DNA of 64,000 bases from an uncultured delta proteobacterium (GTDB lineage: Bacteria; Desulfobacterota; WTBG01; CAIYCZ01; CAIRTM01), in contig CAWDSQ010000001.1 in NCBI GenBank assembly GCA_963804955.1, forward strand, positions 1 through 64,000. Reading direction: 5' to 3'. Shown piece by piece: positions 1 through 10,397 of the stretch. A model generated the notes under the pieces. It did not search any database, was not told where the DNA came from, and was given only the letters and a program-made list of their open reading frames with translations. Both the position numbers and the translations under genes were made by a program. How positions within the stretch are numbered: position 1 is the first letter of the stretch; each line of letters opens with the position of its first letter.

Positions 1-144
1 CAGCGGCAGGCCGACGTTGCCATCAAAGCAGAAGGGGCAGGATTAGTTTAGAGGTCGATTACGGAGAATCGGTACACGTGCAAAATCAAGACTGAACCCT
101 GACGAAAAGGGTTTCTGTGGGCTTGGTGTTAAAAATTTTATATT

Positions 145-972
145 TTACTGCAGGTACTGTTCGGGATGGGCGGCTATGCGGGCCAGCGACTGGCCGAAGT
201 GATACGAATCAATGCCGTTAATGATCCGGTGGTCGGTGGTAATATGCAGATCAAGAATTTCCCTGCCCGTCAGCATGCCGTCGTCCAGAACGGGCTTTTT
301 GAAGGGGCCGCTGGCATGGATGCGCGGCGTGAAGTTCATGGTCGGGATGACATCTTTTACCATGATAAAGTTGGCCGGTGTGGCATAGGTGTGAACCGAA
401 AGAATAATGTTGGAGATGAGATCCCGCTCATAGATGGTTTTGAAGGATAGCCGCTGCCCGATAAGCCTGTAGAGGCAGTAGCGGTAGCAGAGCCTGGTAA
501 AAAAATCAACAACGGGTGGCGGCGGCGTGGCAAACCGGATCTTTGCCTGTGCGATTGCCGCAAAAAGCTCCTGCTGAATATCGGCCAGTGTTTTTTGCTG
601 CGGGTTTTTGAGTATTACATTGGTTACGATCTCCCGGTCGGGAATGTAGACCAAATTGGCGATATGGATATCCTCAATTTCATAGAGCACACCGCCAAGA
701 ATGATTTGCTTGAAACGCGGATTCTCTTCTATCGCATGAGCAATGAGCTTGATCAGAACCGGGGTCAGCAATATGTGCCGCCCCTGAGCCGATCCGATAG
801 CTTTTGCCCTCTGCCGGCAGGCTTCAATATCTATCTGATAATTCAGGGAGGCATACGGATCGGGTGCGCGTGCCAGCACATCAAGAATTTCGCTCCTGAA
901 GGGCCCGATTTCCTGCCGCGAGATTCTTCGCATTCTGAGACGGCTGGCGGGTTTTTGAACAAATGTATGCAT
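145..972 (-). CDS. Stand-alone 2-oxoacid dehydrogenase E2-type acyltransferase catalytic domain protein
   Basis: C-terminal TTDHRIING resembles the E2 DHRxxDG motif; N-terminal LIKLIAHAIEENPRF is typical of the family; no lipoyl domain. Confidence 0.75.
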   Translation of the reverse strand: MHTFVQKPASRLRMRRISRQEIGPFRSEILDVLARAPDPYASLNYQIDIEACRQRAKAIGSAQGRHILLTPVLIKLIAHAIEENPRFKQIILGGVLYEIEDIHIANLVYIPDREIVTNVILKNPQQKTLADIQQELFAAIAQAKIRFATPPPPVVDFFTRLCYRYCLYRLIGQRLSFKTIYERDLISNIILSVHTYATPANFIMVKDVIPTMNFTPRIHASGPFKKPVLDDGMLTGREILDLHITTDHRIINGIDSYHFGQSLARIAAHPEQYLQ

Positions 973-1035
973 CCGGTTTCCGGTCTCCTTCCATCACGCT
1001 GCGATGTTGTAGCGTGCAGCAGCTACTCAAGGTAC

Positions 1036-1064
1036 TATATACTTTCCGCGCAATCATTTGTCAA
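1036..1064 (-). promoter_or_regulatory. Putative sigma70 promoter for the 145..972 gene
   Basis: Minus strand TTGACA-N17-TATATA about 65 nt upstream of the start codon. Confidence 0.45.
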
Positions 1065-1106
1065 TTACCCGGGGAGTGCGGGAACGGCGCCACCGCCATG
1101 GGGATA

Positions 1107-2402
1107 TTAATCGGGCAACTCTTCCAGCAGCTGTGTAAAAAAATCTTCAATGCAGGCCGTGGCGGCAAGCGGCACTCCGGCAGAGAGCGTAAGAGAGCTT
1201 GCGTAGCCGCTGAAGCCGATATACAGAACCGGGGGATAGACTACCGGGGGCAGGATCCAGGCTTGTGCCGGCTGCCCATCAAAAAAAACACCCTCAGGCG
1301 GTATCAGGCCAAGATTTGTGAGCCCGCTGGGGTAGTTCCGGCTTGCGACCCGTTCATGCAAAAGCTTTTTGCAGGCTTTTACGAGCAGACTATAGGGCGC
1401 CAGGCCGGCAAGCGGCACTGTGCACAGCTCGCTCAGCCCGATCCAGCCGGTCTTGCTGCGCCGGGTAATCGCGCTGACCCGATCCAGGGTTGCAGCGAAG
1501 TCGCTGCCCGGCTCCCTGCCGAGGTTTATATGCTCATAGGTGCTCAAGTTGCAGATACCTTCCGCCTTGCCGGAAGGGAGGTACTTGCGCCGCAGGTCAA
1601 CCGTTGTCTGGATTCTCAGTGCGGAGAGCCCGTCCCAGGCTTCTTTTTTCAGCAGAGCCCGGTAAAAAGCCGCTATCATCAGATCGTTTATGGTCGCGTG
1701 GTGCTGCCGGCCGTATGCTTTCAGGCGATTGACATGTGCGGGTGCAAGATGCCTGATCACAAATGTAAATGGCTCGCGCGGCCCCACTGGAACCGGCAGA
1801 GCATGGGTTTTTTTCGGTATCTGAGTGGACAGGGTGGTGCGCAGAAAAAGGAAAAACAGAACCGGGTAGATATACCACGGCAGATGCCGCATGATCTGGA
1901 AGCAGTGGCGTGCGCCGTGAATGTTCGGCCTGGGACGGTAGCCGGGGTTTTTTATAAGCTGCGCATAGATGTGCGACAGCTGTGCGGCCAGATCATTTAG
2001 GCCGCCGGCATCGCATACCTGATGGGCAATCTTGAGGAGCAGCTGGTCGCCGCCTGCGGCGCGCAGCAGGCAGGCTTTGACTTGCGGCCCCCGGCGGCTG
2101 TCAATCGGCATGTTTCTGAAAGTATCAAATTCAGCCTGATTCGAGGCAAGGCAGAGCATATCCGGCCAGGGCCCGGGGAGCCGCTCCCAGTACGCCCTGT
2201 TTTTTTTCGTGACCAGCCTGCAGCCCAGAACCGGCTGGGCATCAAGCAGAAGCAGAAGTGCGGCCGCAAGCCGCTGTGCGTCAAGCCGGTGCTCAAAACG
2301 AAGCTCCATCTGCAGCATGAAATCGGCGATGCCGACATCCTGCCCGCCGGATATTATTTTATCTATTGCCGCTGCCGGGAAACGGTACGGAATTTCTGCC
2401 AT
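1107..2402 (-). CDS. Condensation-domain / CoA-dependent acyltransferase family protein
   Basis: HQVCDAGG (HxxxDG-like) motif plus ATINDLMIAA, VDLRRKY and TNLG segments typical of stand-alone condensation-fold proteins. Confidence 0.8.
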   Translation of the reverse strand: MAEIPYRFPAAAIDKIISGGQDVGIADFMLQMELRFEHRLDAQRLAAALLLLLDAQPVLGCRLVTKKNRAYWERLPGPWPDMLCLASNQAEFDTFRNMPIDSRRGPQVKACLLRAAGGDQLLLKIAHQVCDAGGLNDLAAQLSHIYAQLIKNPGYRPRPNIHGARHCFQIMRHLPWYIYPVLFFLFLRTTLSTQIPKKTHALPVPVGPREPFTFVIRHLAPAHVNRLKAYGRQHHATINDLMIAAFYRALLKKEAWDGLSALRIQTTVDLRRKYLPSGKAEGICNLSTYEHINLGREPGSDFAATLDRVSAITRRSKTGWIGLSELCTVPLAGLAPYSLLVKACKKLLHERVASRNYPSGLTNLGLIPPEGVFFDGQPAQAWILPPVVYPPVLYIGFSGYASSLTLSAGVPLAATACIEDFFTQLLEELPD

Positions 2403-2480
2403 GATTTTTTATATAAAAAACGCAGATTTTGCATTCGCAAAATGTTTTATCTATATTCTTCGTCAAAGGAATTTCAGCGA

Positions 2481-3413
2481 TCAGGGTAAAACAAGGCCGT
2501 ACTTTTCCTGCATTCGCTGCTCAATTATTTTTTTATCGTAGCTGCTTTTTCCCTCCCCCTGATCAACCCAGACAGAATGGCCTGAAAAGCCCTGCCACCC
2601 GTGAATATAATATTTTAACCTGTCTTCCCTGTCCGGGAACGGATCACCGAAAGAATATCCTAAAGCAATTGCGCGGTCAAACCAGTATGCGCCAATGTCG
2701 CCGTGATCATCATAATTTCCAAAGAACACGCGCTCTTTCCTCAAAATATCTTTGTTTGCTTCGACGGAAATCAGGCAACACCATTCGCTGATTCGGCAGG
2801 ACCTCATAACGCTGCTGGTTTTGAAATCGGTAAGCGGCCAGATGCTTGTCGGATAATCGCCATTCATAATCCTAGAGGGAGTGCACAGATACGGCTTATT
2901 GTGATACTGGCATATCCAGCACAGACCCAGATCGCCAACCACAGCAGGTTTTTGCAGCTGCTCGGCGAACGAAATATACTCTTGCAGCACATTATTTTTA
3001 AACTCCATATCATCATGCATGATGAACACGTATTTTTTGTCTGTGCTGTCCAGAGCCCACTGATAGCGGATATCTTCACGTTTACAAAATATATAGTGAT
3101 TATAATAAAGATTGCGCAGCCCCTGTCTTAAAAACGTTCTTATTTTTAAATATTTGGGCCAGTAGCCAAAGACAAATCCCTGCCACCATCCGACCCTGCG
3201 AGTGTTCTTTCTTACAAGAATTTTCCATTTGTCAAAATAGCTTCTAACGGTATCGGAGGTATATTTTTCAATGACTTCCTTTGGTGAGCAGTCATCGTTT
3301 ATGAAAACCGTGTCAATCAGGTCTTCGCTGTGCTCCTTCAAAGTCATCAGCGCATACAAAAGAGATTCTGGTTTCATGTATGATTGTATGACAACATCAA
3401 CTTTTATTTTCAT
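2481..3413 (-). CDS. Putative GT-A fold (GT2-like) glycosyltransferase
   Basis: N-terminal VDVVIQSY, INDDCS and FIMHDD (DxD-like) motifs; glycan locus context. Confidence 0.55.
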   Translation of the reverse strand: MKIKVDVVIQSYMKPESLLYALMTLKEHSEDLIDTVFINDDCSPKEVIEKYTSDTVRSYFDKWKILVRKNTRRVGWWQGFVFGYWPKYLKIRTFLRQGLRNLYYNHYIFCKREDIRYQWALDSTDKKYVFIMHDDMEFKNNVLQEYISFAEQLQKPAVVGDLGLCWICQYHNKPYLCTPSRIMNGDYPTSIWPLTDFKTSSVMRSCRISEWCCLISVEANKDILRKERVFFGNYDDHGDIGAYWFDRAIALGYSFGDPFPDREDRLKYYIHGWQGFSGHSVWVDQGEGKSSYDKKIIEQRMQEKYGLVLP

Positions 3414-3446
3414 TTTGTTCTTTCAAGAGAAAATTGTGCGGTCGCA

Positions 3447-4484
3447 TCATTGCTTGACGCTTAGCAGCCGTAACATATCCCAGCAGAGCCACCTGCAAAT
3501 GCTGCCGGAAATCAACCCCTTTGATTTTCTTTCCCTGCGATCATTCCAGATTTTTGAAAAGTTTCTAACTATCCACCACCGTGATTTAAACAGCACCCCC
3601 CAGGGGCTAAAATTCTTCGAAGGCAGAGGCCGTACTTTGTTTTGCTGCTTTGCCGGGAGAAGGTGCACAACATTTCGAGTAACCGTTCGCGTGCAGTAAT
3701 AGAGCTCACCGAGCACTATCAGCCATAAAGGAAAATTGAGCAGCTCCACTAACAGCCTGTTTTTTTCAGACTGGTAAATTTTGAAAAAAGAGCGCGTCCC
3801 GGCTGTCCTGGACTCTTTATGATAGACAACTGCGTCGGGTATGCCGACCCCCGTATATCCAAGGGCATGCAGCCTGGCCCCCAGATCGATATCTTCAAAA
3901 TATGCAAAAAAAAGCTCGTCAAAAAACTGATCGCCCCGTATCTTTACGGCCTCAAGACATTTTCTTGAAAAGATCGCAGCTGCCCCGCAGGCGCTGAAAA
4001 CAGGTTTTAATTGTCCCGGTTCCCGAAATGGCTGCAGGGGGTTTACGACATAACCGGTGCCATCGGGCAGTATGCCGTCGCCATCCGAACAAATTAAATC
4101 CGTTTCCGGGTAATACATGATTCTTGATGAACCAAAATCAGCCTGTGCCGCAGTGAGGCCTGCAATAAGATTTGCCAACCAGTCGGGCTCTACCAAACAG
4201 TCATTATTCAGCGTGATGATATATTCAAAACCGTGCATAACAGCCCAGTTAATGCCGTCGTTACAGCCCCCCGCAAACCCCCTGTTTGCAGCATTATCGA
4301 TCAGGTGTATTTCGGGAAACAATCCCCTTATTTTTTTCCCTTCACTGTTTGCTGAGCCGTTATCAACAAGGACTATCTTAAAATTATTGTACTGTACCTG
4401 CCGGAGCGAGTGAAGGCATTCTATGGTATCATCAAAACCATTCCAGTTAAGAATAATGATGGCGGCCAAAGGCTCTCGAGTCAT
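3447..4484 (-). CDS. Glycosyltransferase family 2 (rhamnosyltransferase-like)
   Basis: Starts MTREPLAAIIILNWNG; NRGFAGGCNDG, LNND and FFAYFEDIDL motifs. This is the C-terminal half of the 573-aa track ORF. Confidence 0.85.
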   Translation of the reverse strand: MTREPLAAIIILNWNGFDDTIECLHSLRQVQYNNFKIVLVDNGSANSEGKKIRGLFPEIHLIDNAANRGFAGGCNDGINWAVMHGFEYIITLNNDCLVEPDWLANLIAGLTAAQADFGSSRIMYYPETDLICSDGDGILPDGTGYVVNPLQPFREPGQLKPVFSACGAAAIFSRKCLEAVKIRGDQFFDELFFAYFEDIDLGARLHALGYTGVGIPDAVVYHKESRTAGTRSFFKIYQSEKNRLLVELLNFPLWLIVLGELYYCTRTVTRNVVHLLPAKQQNKVRPLPSKNFSPWGVLFKSRWWIVRNFSKIWNDRRERKSKGLISGSICRWLCWDMLRLLSVKQ

Positions 4485-4504
4485 GGGGTCGTTGGAATTA
4501 AAGG

Positions 4505-5316
4505 TTAATGAGGCTGTTTGAGCTGCTGCAGCCTTTTTTTCTTCTTGCGCTGCATCCACTCCGGCACAAAGCCCGAAGCGATAAGCCCATCGGGTAAAGC
4601 CGTAGAAATATTTTTTTACAAAATATGCTATCCACTGGCTGACGACAGGAGTCGCGGTGTCCCAGCATCCGCAAGAGGTGTATATTTTTCGATAGTTATT
4701 TTTATATCGTTCCAGCACTTTTTTTAAAGCCCTGAAATATGAAGCATTCAGACTGCCTTTTGACCCATGATGCAGCGAAACGGGCAGAACATACACCCCC
4801 AGCCCAAGCGCTGCTATCCGCAGGCAGTATTCAACCACGTAGAGGTGCCAGTTGTCGCATACGGTTTCATCAAACTGATGCTTCTGAAATACTTCACGGG
4901 GCACTATGGCACAGCACTCATCAACGGTCATGGCGCTTGCCGGTTCCTGCAGGCTGTAGCCATCATGTCGGGGGGGCATGCCGTGCGTGATATTTGAAAT
5001 AAGCCTGTTTTCCTTTTCACTGTTGCCTGCAACACCGGCAACGCCAAGGTTCGGCAGCGCCATGCAGCATCGATTCAACGTCTTCAAGCCATGTGCTTGA
5101 GCCCAGGCTGATATCCTGATGCGCAAACATAATATATGCGCTGTCGGCCCGCAGGTTCCTCGCGCCATGGTTTAATGCCTGCGCGGCCGAGTTGAAAGCC
5201 CCGGTGCTGTTATCAAGCGCAATGAGTTCAAACTTTGAGCTTTGATGCCCAAGGCTTGTTAATAGATGGCGGGAATAACTTTCTTTATTGTTATAGACGC
5301 AGACAATCGAAATCAT
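4505..5316 (-). CDS. Glycosyltransferase family 2-like protein, two apparent frameshifts
   Basis: MISIVCVYNN...FAHQDI...TVDECC...WHLY; end-to-end paralog of 15901..16719; indels near 5070 and 4590. Confidence 0.75.
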
Positions 5317-6410
5317 GGCAAAAACCATTTTCTTACTACATCATCAGAGACGTTCTGCGATGATCGTATTTTCCACCTTTTTAAAAACATTTGGGGGATA
5401 TGACAGATCCCGGCCATATTGCCCAATAAAAAAGCCGTCAGGTGCTGCAGTTGGCCGGTCTTTATAAAATAAAAAAATGTTTTGAAAAAAACAACGGGCC
5501 TGGTTTTAAAAACATGAAGTAAAATATCGCAGGGAACATTTTTGATGAGATAGTAATACCGGTTGCGCTCCAGCAGATAGGTCTTTAAAGGGGAGTCCTT
5601 TCCCAGGGTTGAGGAATGGCCATGATAGACAATCGCTTCCGGCACATAGAGTGCTTTCCATCCTGCCATGCATGAGCGCAAAGCCAGGTCTACATCTTCA
5701 TAATAGGCAAAAAAAGCCTTGTCGAATAATCCGATCTGATCCAGCATGCTTCTCCTGTACAATGCCGCTCCTGCGCAGACGCCGAATATTTCCTGCCGGA
5801 CGTGGAAACGGTCCTTCTCCAAAAGCCCATGGCCAAGCGAAACCGCACCTCCGTCGGAATTCAGCATGGATATGCCCATAGTATCAATTAGCTCAGGCGT
5901 ATCCATTAAAAGCATTTTGGGCTGGCAGGATCCAATGCCGGCATCATTTTCCGCGCCTATGACGAGTTCTCTCAAGCACTGTGGATGAAGGACGATGTCG
6001 TTATTGAGCAGAGCAACATACCGGACATTAAACGATGCGACAGCATATTTAATTCCTATATTATTACCCTCGGCAAAACCGAAATTTTTATCATTTGCTA
6101 TAATAGTCAGCTGACACGTCATCGATTGCTTGTGCCCACCGCTTGTGTCCTCAGTTCCCGGACCCGGTATCAATTTAAGCTCTATTGGTTTATTGTCTTG
6201 ATTGTAAGCAAAAAATTCCGAATTAACTGTAACGGAGCCTGCCGCCCAGCCCTTTATTTTTTCAAGAGACCCGTCAGTCGAACCGTTGTCGATGAGAATA
6301 ATAAAAAAGTTTTTGAACGTTGATTGATAAATCGACTCAAGGCACCTGATGGTATCCCGCCATCTGTTCCAGTTAAGTATAATGATGGCAACTGAAGGAT
6401 CGCTTTCCAT
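5313..6410 (-). CDS. Glycosyltransferase family 2
   Basis: IIILNWN, IDNGSTDGS, NFGFAEGNNIG, LLNND and FFAYYEDVDL motifs. Confidence 0.9.
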   Translation of the reverse strand: MESDPSVAIIILNWNRWRDTIRCLESIYQSTFKNFFIILIDNGSTDGSLEKIKGWAAGSVTVNSEFFAYNQDNKPIELKLIPGPGTEDTSGGHKQSMTCQLTIIANDKNFGFAEGNNIGIKYAVASFNVRYVALLNNDIVLHPQCLRELVIGAENDAGIGSCQPKMLLMDTPELIDTMGISMLNSDGGAVSLGHGLLEKDRFHVRQEIFGVCAGAALYRRSMLDQIGLFDKAFFAYYEDVDLALRSCMAGWKALYVPEAIVYHGHSSTLGKDSPLKTYLLERNRYYYLIKNVPCDILLHVFKTRPVVFFKTFFYFIKTGQLQHLTAFLLGNMAGICHIPQMFLKRWKIRSSQNVSDDVVRKWFLP

Positions 6411-6560
6411 TTTCCCTCTGCGCAGAAATAATGAGAACGAGTTAAGCTTATTTTTTTAGTTCCTGAGGTGATTATTTTTACTAAAAATAAACGATTCAGG
6501 GAATCAGGCAAAGTATGGATAACGGTTACGGGCCCGGCTCTCCTGCCGCCTCATGCGCGA

Positions 6561-7415
6561 TTACCTGAAAAATTTTTCCTTGATTGCCTCTTCAGCCTGA
6601 AGAAAGTATTTAAATATATGCCGGTAAAGAAAAGATCTTTTAATTGCATCGATGGTCATTGTCAGTCTGGCATTTTCATCCTGCAATCTCTCCAGGGTCT
6701 GAAATAAAAATTCTGCGTTATCTAAATAGAGCCTGGCATGGTTCCGCGCCACGCGGGCATACAGTTTTGCTCTCATACTATAGGTCTTTTTCGTCATGGA
6801 TACATGGCCCTGCCGGTAGTAGAACAAAACCTCCGGTATTTTATGGATATCTCTGCCCATTTCAATAATCGACAGCCAGAAATCATAATCCTCAAGGCCG
6901 TCCTTCATCTGCTCATTATAGCCGCCACAGGCAGCCCAGTCTTCTTTGCGGAAAAAGGCGGTTGCGAAAATCCTGTTGAAGAGCAATATTTCAGGAAATG
7001 AATAAGGGGGCAGGTCGAACCTTTTGTCTGTTGAACCGAAAAACCGGGCATCGCAGTACACTATACCGATATTGGGATTCTCCTCAAGGACGGCTAACGC
7101 TCTGCGCGCATACTCAGCGGCTATTTTGTCGTCGGCATCAAGCGGTAAAATATACTTGCCGGCTGCGCGGGCGATACCGGTATTTCTTGCCGCGGCCAAG
7201 CCCTGATTGTCTTGTCGAATATACTGTATGCGGCTGTCCGTCCCCGCGTATTTGCCTGCCACTTCTTCCGTAGTATCTGTAGACCCGTCATTCACAATAA
7301 TACACTCAAGGTTCTGGTAGCTTTGGCTGAGAACACTCTCAATCGCTTCGGGGAGAAAATGAGCGTAATTGTAGCAGGGGATCACAATTGAAATCAGCGG
7401 CAGGGTGTTTTCCAT
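6561..7415 (-). CDS. Glycosyltransferase family 2
   Basis: ISIVIPCYN, VNDGSTD, NQGLAAARNTG, LDADD and EDYDFWL motifs; start taken at MENTL. Confidence 0.9.
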   Translation of the reverse strand: MENTLPLISIVIPCYNYAHFLPEAIESVLSQSYQNLECIIVNDGSTDTTEEVAGKYAGTDSRIQYIRQDNQGLAAARNTGIARAAGKYILPLDADDKIAAEYARRALAVLEENPNIGIVYCDARFFGSTDKRFDLPPYSFPEILLFNRIFATAFFRKEDWAACGGYNEQMKDGLEDYDFWLSIIEMGRDIHKIPEVLFYYRQGHVSMTKKTYSMRAKLYARVARNHARLYLDNAEFLFQTLERLQDENARLTMTIDAIKRSFLYRHIFKYFLQAEEAIKEKFFR

Positions 7416-7658
7416 TGTTTTCTCTTTCATTCGTTTGCCTGGAAGGGCGGCTATTGCCCGCACTGCGAAAGTTCTATCTTACCAGGCGAATCATTTCCCG
7501 TACAATTTTTGTAACTGGCGCCATAGCGCCTCCATCGTCGACGATGCTGTGGACCCAATCATGGAAACATTGAATTCATCCCGCATGCATGCAGCGGCGC
7601 TGCAAACAGGGCTGTTTATAGTTTGTGCGCTTCGTGCCTGCCTGGAAGCATGTATATG

Positions 7659-8882
7659 TTACATGCCGTCAGCCGTCAGCCGTTCACCCTTCTTTTTTTG
7701 TACAACCTCGTCATAGATTGCAATAAGAGCACGGACGGTTTTTTCAGGGCTCAATAAAGCAATGCGCTGTTTGGCTTTTTCCTGCATGCGGGCTTTTTCT
7801 CTTTCCGGCAGGGACAAAGCCCGTTCAATGGCCTGCAAAAGGCTTGTGCCGTCATCGATTGCGCAGAGAAATCCGCTTTCTCCATCATCGATTAACTGCT
7901 CAAAGCTTGCGCCGCGAGTGCCGACAACAATTTTGCCCCTTGCCATTGCCTCTATACAGGTATTGGGGAAATTATCAATTCTTGAGGGCAGCACGACGGC
8001 ATTGGCATTTTCAATAACAGGAAAAAGTTGAGAATGGGGCAAAATGCCCAGATAGACAACCCGATGACAGTGCGGGCCTGCCTGAGATCGGACATAATCC
8101 ATCATTGGACCAGTCGAGCAGCCGATATCTTTGCCTGCAAATGCAAAAAAAAGATCAGGGTGTTTTTCAAGCAGGGGCGACATGATGTCCCCGAGGGTTC
8201 TGATCCCTTTCAAAATCCCGACGGTGCCAAAAAAAAGTAAATATTTTTTCCCTTTTAAGATAGTTTCGTAGGGCACTGTGTCCGAAGAGCAGGGGGTTTT
8301 GACATAGGGGCTTTCAATGAGATACACTTTTTTGCCGGTTATCCGCTCCACCGCGTCTGCTATGGGTTTGCCGGGGCAAATTACCCTGTCCGCTCTTTTT
8401 ATCGCAGCCATTTCTAAATATTGTATGAGCCTGTTCGGCAACGTTATAAAATTTTCATAGGCGGCAAACCACAACGGCTGAAAGCTGGAAAGGCGAACCA
8501 CAGAGGCAATACCGCGGGGCCGAAACAGGCCAGTGGCCATATAGCTGGCAAATTGTACAATATCGATTTTTTTTTCACGATGAAGCCGTCGCAAGGCCCT
8601 GTTGAGCACCCAGCTTTGCCATGCCCATGAAAGTGCTGGAAAAAAGCCCCCCTTTCTAAAAAACCCGATCAAATCGGCAAATTGAGTGCGCGGGTTAACG
8701 CGGACAACTGATACGCCTTCATGTTCAAAAACAGCATCAGCATTAGAGGCAACAATCACGATTGGCTCATGGCCTAAACCGGCAAGGGCTGTGCATACCC
8801 TGTGGAGATAATTTGCAAGCCCGCCGTCAAAGCCTACTTCAGTAATATATTCTGGCGTTACGAATGCGATTCTCATAAGCAA
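7659..8882 (-). CDS. Glycosyltransferase family 4 (GT-B)
   Basis: GGLANY near the N-terminus; FGTVGILKG and VLPSRIDNFPNTCIEAMARG (ExFxxxxxE-like) motifs. Confidence 0.9.
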   Translation of the reverse strand: MLMRIAFVTPEYITEVGFDGGLANYLHRVCTALAGLGHEPIVIVASNADAVFEHEGVSVVRVNPRTQFADLIGFFRKGGFFPALSWAWQSWVLNRALRRLHREKKIDIVQFASYMATGLFRPRGIASVVRLSSFQPLWFAAYENFITLPNRLIQYLEMAAIKRADRVICPGKPIADAVERITGKKVYLIESPYVKTPCSSDTVPYETILKGKKYLLFFGTVGILKGIRTLGDIMSPLLEKHPDLFFAFAGKDIGCSTGPMMDYVRSQAGPHCHRVVYLGILPHSQLFPVIENANAVVLPSRIDNFPNTCIEAMARGKIVVGTRGASFEQLIDDGESGFLCAIDDGTSLLQAIERALSLPEREKARMQEKAKQRIALLSPEKTVRALIAIYDEVVQKKKGERLTADGM

Positions 8883-10333
8883 GTTGATTTTAACTTACAA
8901 TTACAAAAATTTTGTATGCGGCGTCGCAATTCTTCCTTGCAAATATCCCTGAAATATAGGGGGCTTTCGCTTGGTAGAATATTGAAATGCCGACGTGTTA
9001 GCTCCAGCGAGCAAAGTTTCATCACATTTTCGAAATGTCCGTTACTGGATATTAAAAAAGCATTCCATAGGCGCTTTAGCTCTTGAGTATGAAATATGTT
9101 CAACTCACAAAGTCCTGGAGAAAAAAATAAAGGTTCAATCCGCTCGCGCAGATTTTTTCTCAGCCATTCTGAGCATTCATGATAATTTTTTTTCAGCGAC
9201 TGATTCTTGTCCGGTGTTCCATCAGGGGCGATACCGGACCGTGCCCAGGGTAACGAATAGAGTCTGCCATCTACCTGCCTGAAGAGTTGACAATAAATTT
9301 CATCGGTTCTGGTTTCGGGAGAAAGAGACCACATATAGGAGACGAGACGATCACTCGTAAAGGCTTGATGAACCCTGCAAAACTGCCGGATATAATCCAT
9401 GGCATGACAAATCATTCTGCGCATATAGTTTTCCTGCATATCATGCTCTACGCGAATCCATGAATCAGGTGCTTTCTCCATTTCCCAGGCGGTTGCACGA
9501 TCCCTTTCTGCGGCTGCTAGCATATCGGGCGCTAAAGTGGGATGAATTAAAAGCCTGCTGTTTTTAATGGGAGTTAACGTGCAGGCCAGCAGATGATGAG
9601 AGCTGTACTCCGCCCTCCCGATGCTGTCGCCGAAACTTGCTGCAATGACAAGATCATCCGGACGGGCATTTCTGAACCAGTCCATGGCGTGAAGATGAAG
9701 CCCGGCAACCTCAGATCCTCCCCAGACAGCAGCTCGGAACATATTTGACCAGACAAGTTCGCTGTCATACGGGACATGAATAAATTCCCAATCGTACCAG
9801 GCTGCAATCCGGCGTGCATAGGCAACATCGCGGCTTTCCGGAATGCCCCATGTGACGCATTTAATTTCAGCAGCTATACCGGGCTCAATTTTTTTTAGCA
9901 CGCCGGCGATTACCCTGCTGTCAAGCCCGCCGGTAAGCAGTAAAAAAATTCGCCCTGCCTGTTGCGCGGCAATGTGGAGTTCTTCCTCCAACAGCTCTCT
10001 CAGCGTTTGTGCGGATTCCGGGGCGGCTACCTGGCGCGTTCCATGCTCTATCGGAGGCCTTCTTTCAAGAGTTCCATCCCCCCTGAGCGTGGATCGCCAC
10101 GGCATTCGGCTAACCCCCTGCAGGATAGTACGATTGCCGAGTATATAATTAAACTCGAGAAGCTCAAAAAAGGCAACTGGATCAACCCGGCGCTTTTCAA
10201 AGGGCACGGCAGAAAAAATCTCTTCCGCCGTATCAGCCACGACAACCTGCCCGTCTATGAGCGTCCAGTAGGGGCAAAAATCCCCGAAATTCCGGGTCTC
10301 GATGCAGTCAGAGCTGTTTATTTTTTTCAGCAT
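8873..10333 (-). CDS. Asparagine synthetase-like ATP pyrophosphatase (probable sugar amidation enzyme)
   Basis: PP-loop LLTGGLDSR and TWGIPESRDVAYARRIA; no N-terminal Cys/Ntn glutaminase domain. Confidence 0.75.
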   Translation of the reverse strand: MLKKINSSDCIETRNFGDFCPYWTLIDGQVVVADTAEEIFSAVPFEKRRVDPVAFFELLEFNYILGNRTILQGVSRMPWRSTLRGDGTLERRPPIEHGTRQVAAPESAQTLRELLEEELHIAAQQAGRIFLLLTGGLDSRVIAGVLKKIEPGIAAEIKCVTWGIPESRDVAYARRIAAWYDWEFIHVPYDSELVWSNMFRAAVWGGSEVAGLHLHAMDWFRNARPDDLVIAASFGDSIGRAEYSSHHLLACTLTPIKNSRLLIHPTLAPDMLAAAERDRATAWEMEKAPDSWIRVEHDMQENYMRRMICHAMDYIRQFCRVHQAFTSDRLVSYMWSLSPETRTDEIYCQLFRQVDGRLYSLPWARSGIAPDGTPDKNQSLKKNYHECSEWLRKNLRERIEPLFFSPGLCELNIFHTQELKRLWNAFLISSNGHFENVMKLCSLELTRRHFNILPSESPLYFRDICKEELRRRIQNFCNCKLKSTCL

Positions 10334-10397
10334 GATGATTTTTAAAACTATCGTCAGATGTTATTGAAAAAACGCTTTAAGTCATAAAGTGCTGTGC

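Noticed and set aside
963..2000. Long antisense ORFs (also 25699..26523, 49111..49782, 62904..63566)
   Set aside because: They are shadows of well-supported genes on the opposite strand and have no recognisable motifs.
3447..5168. 573-aa double-GT fusion in the ORF track
   Set aside because: Comparison with paralog 15901..16719 shows the upstream gene ends at 4505 in another frame, and a separate GT2 starts at 4484.
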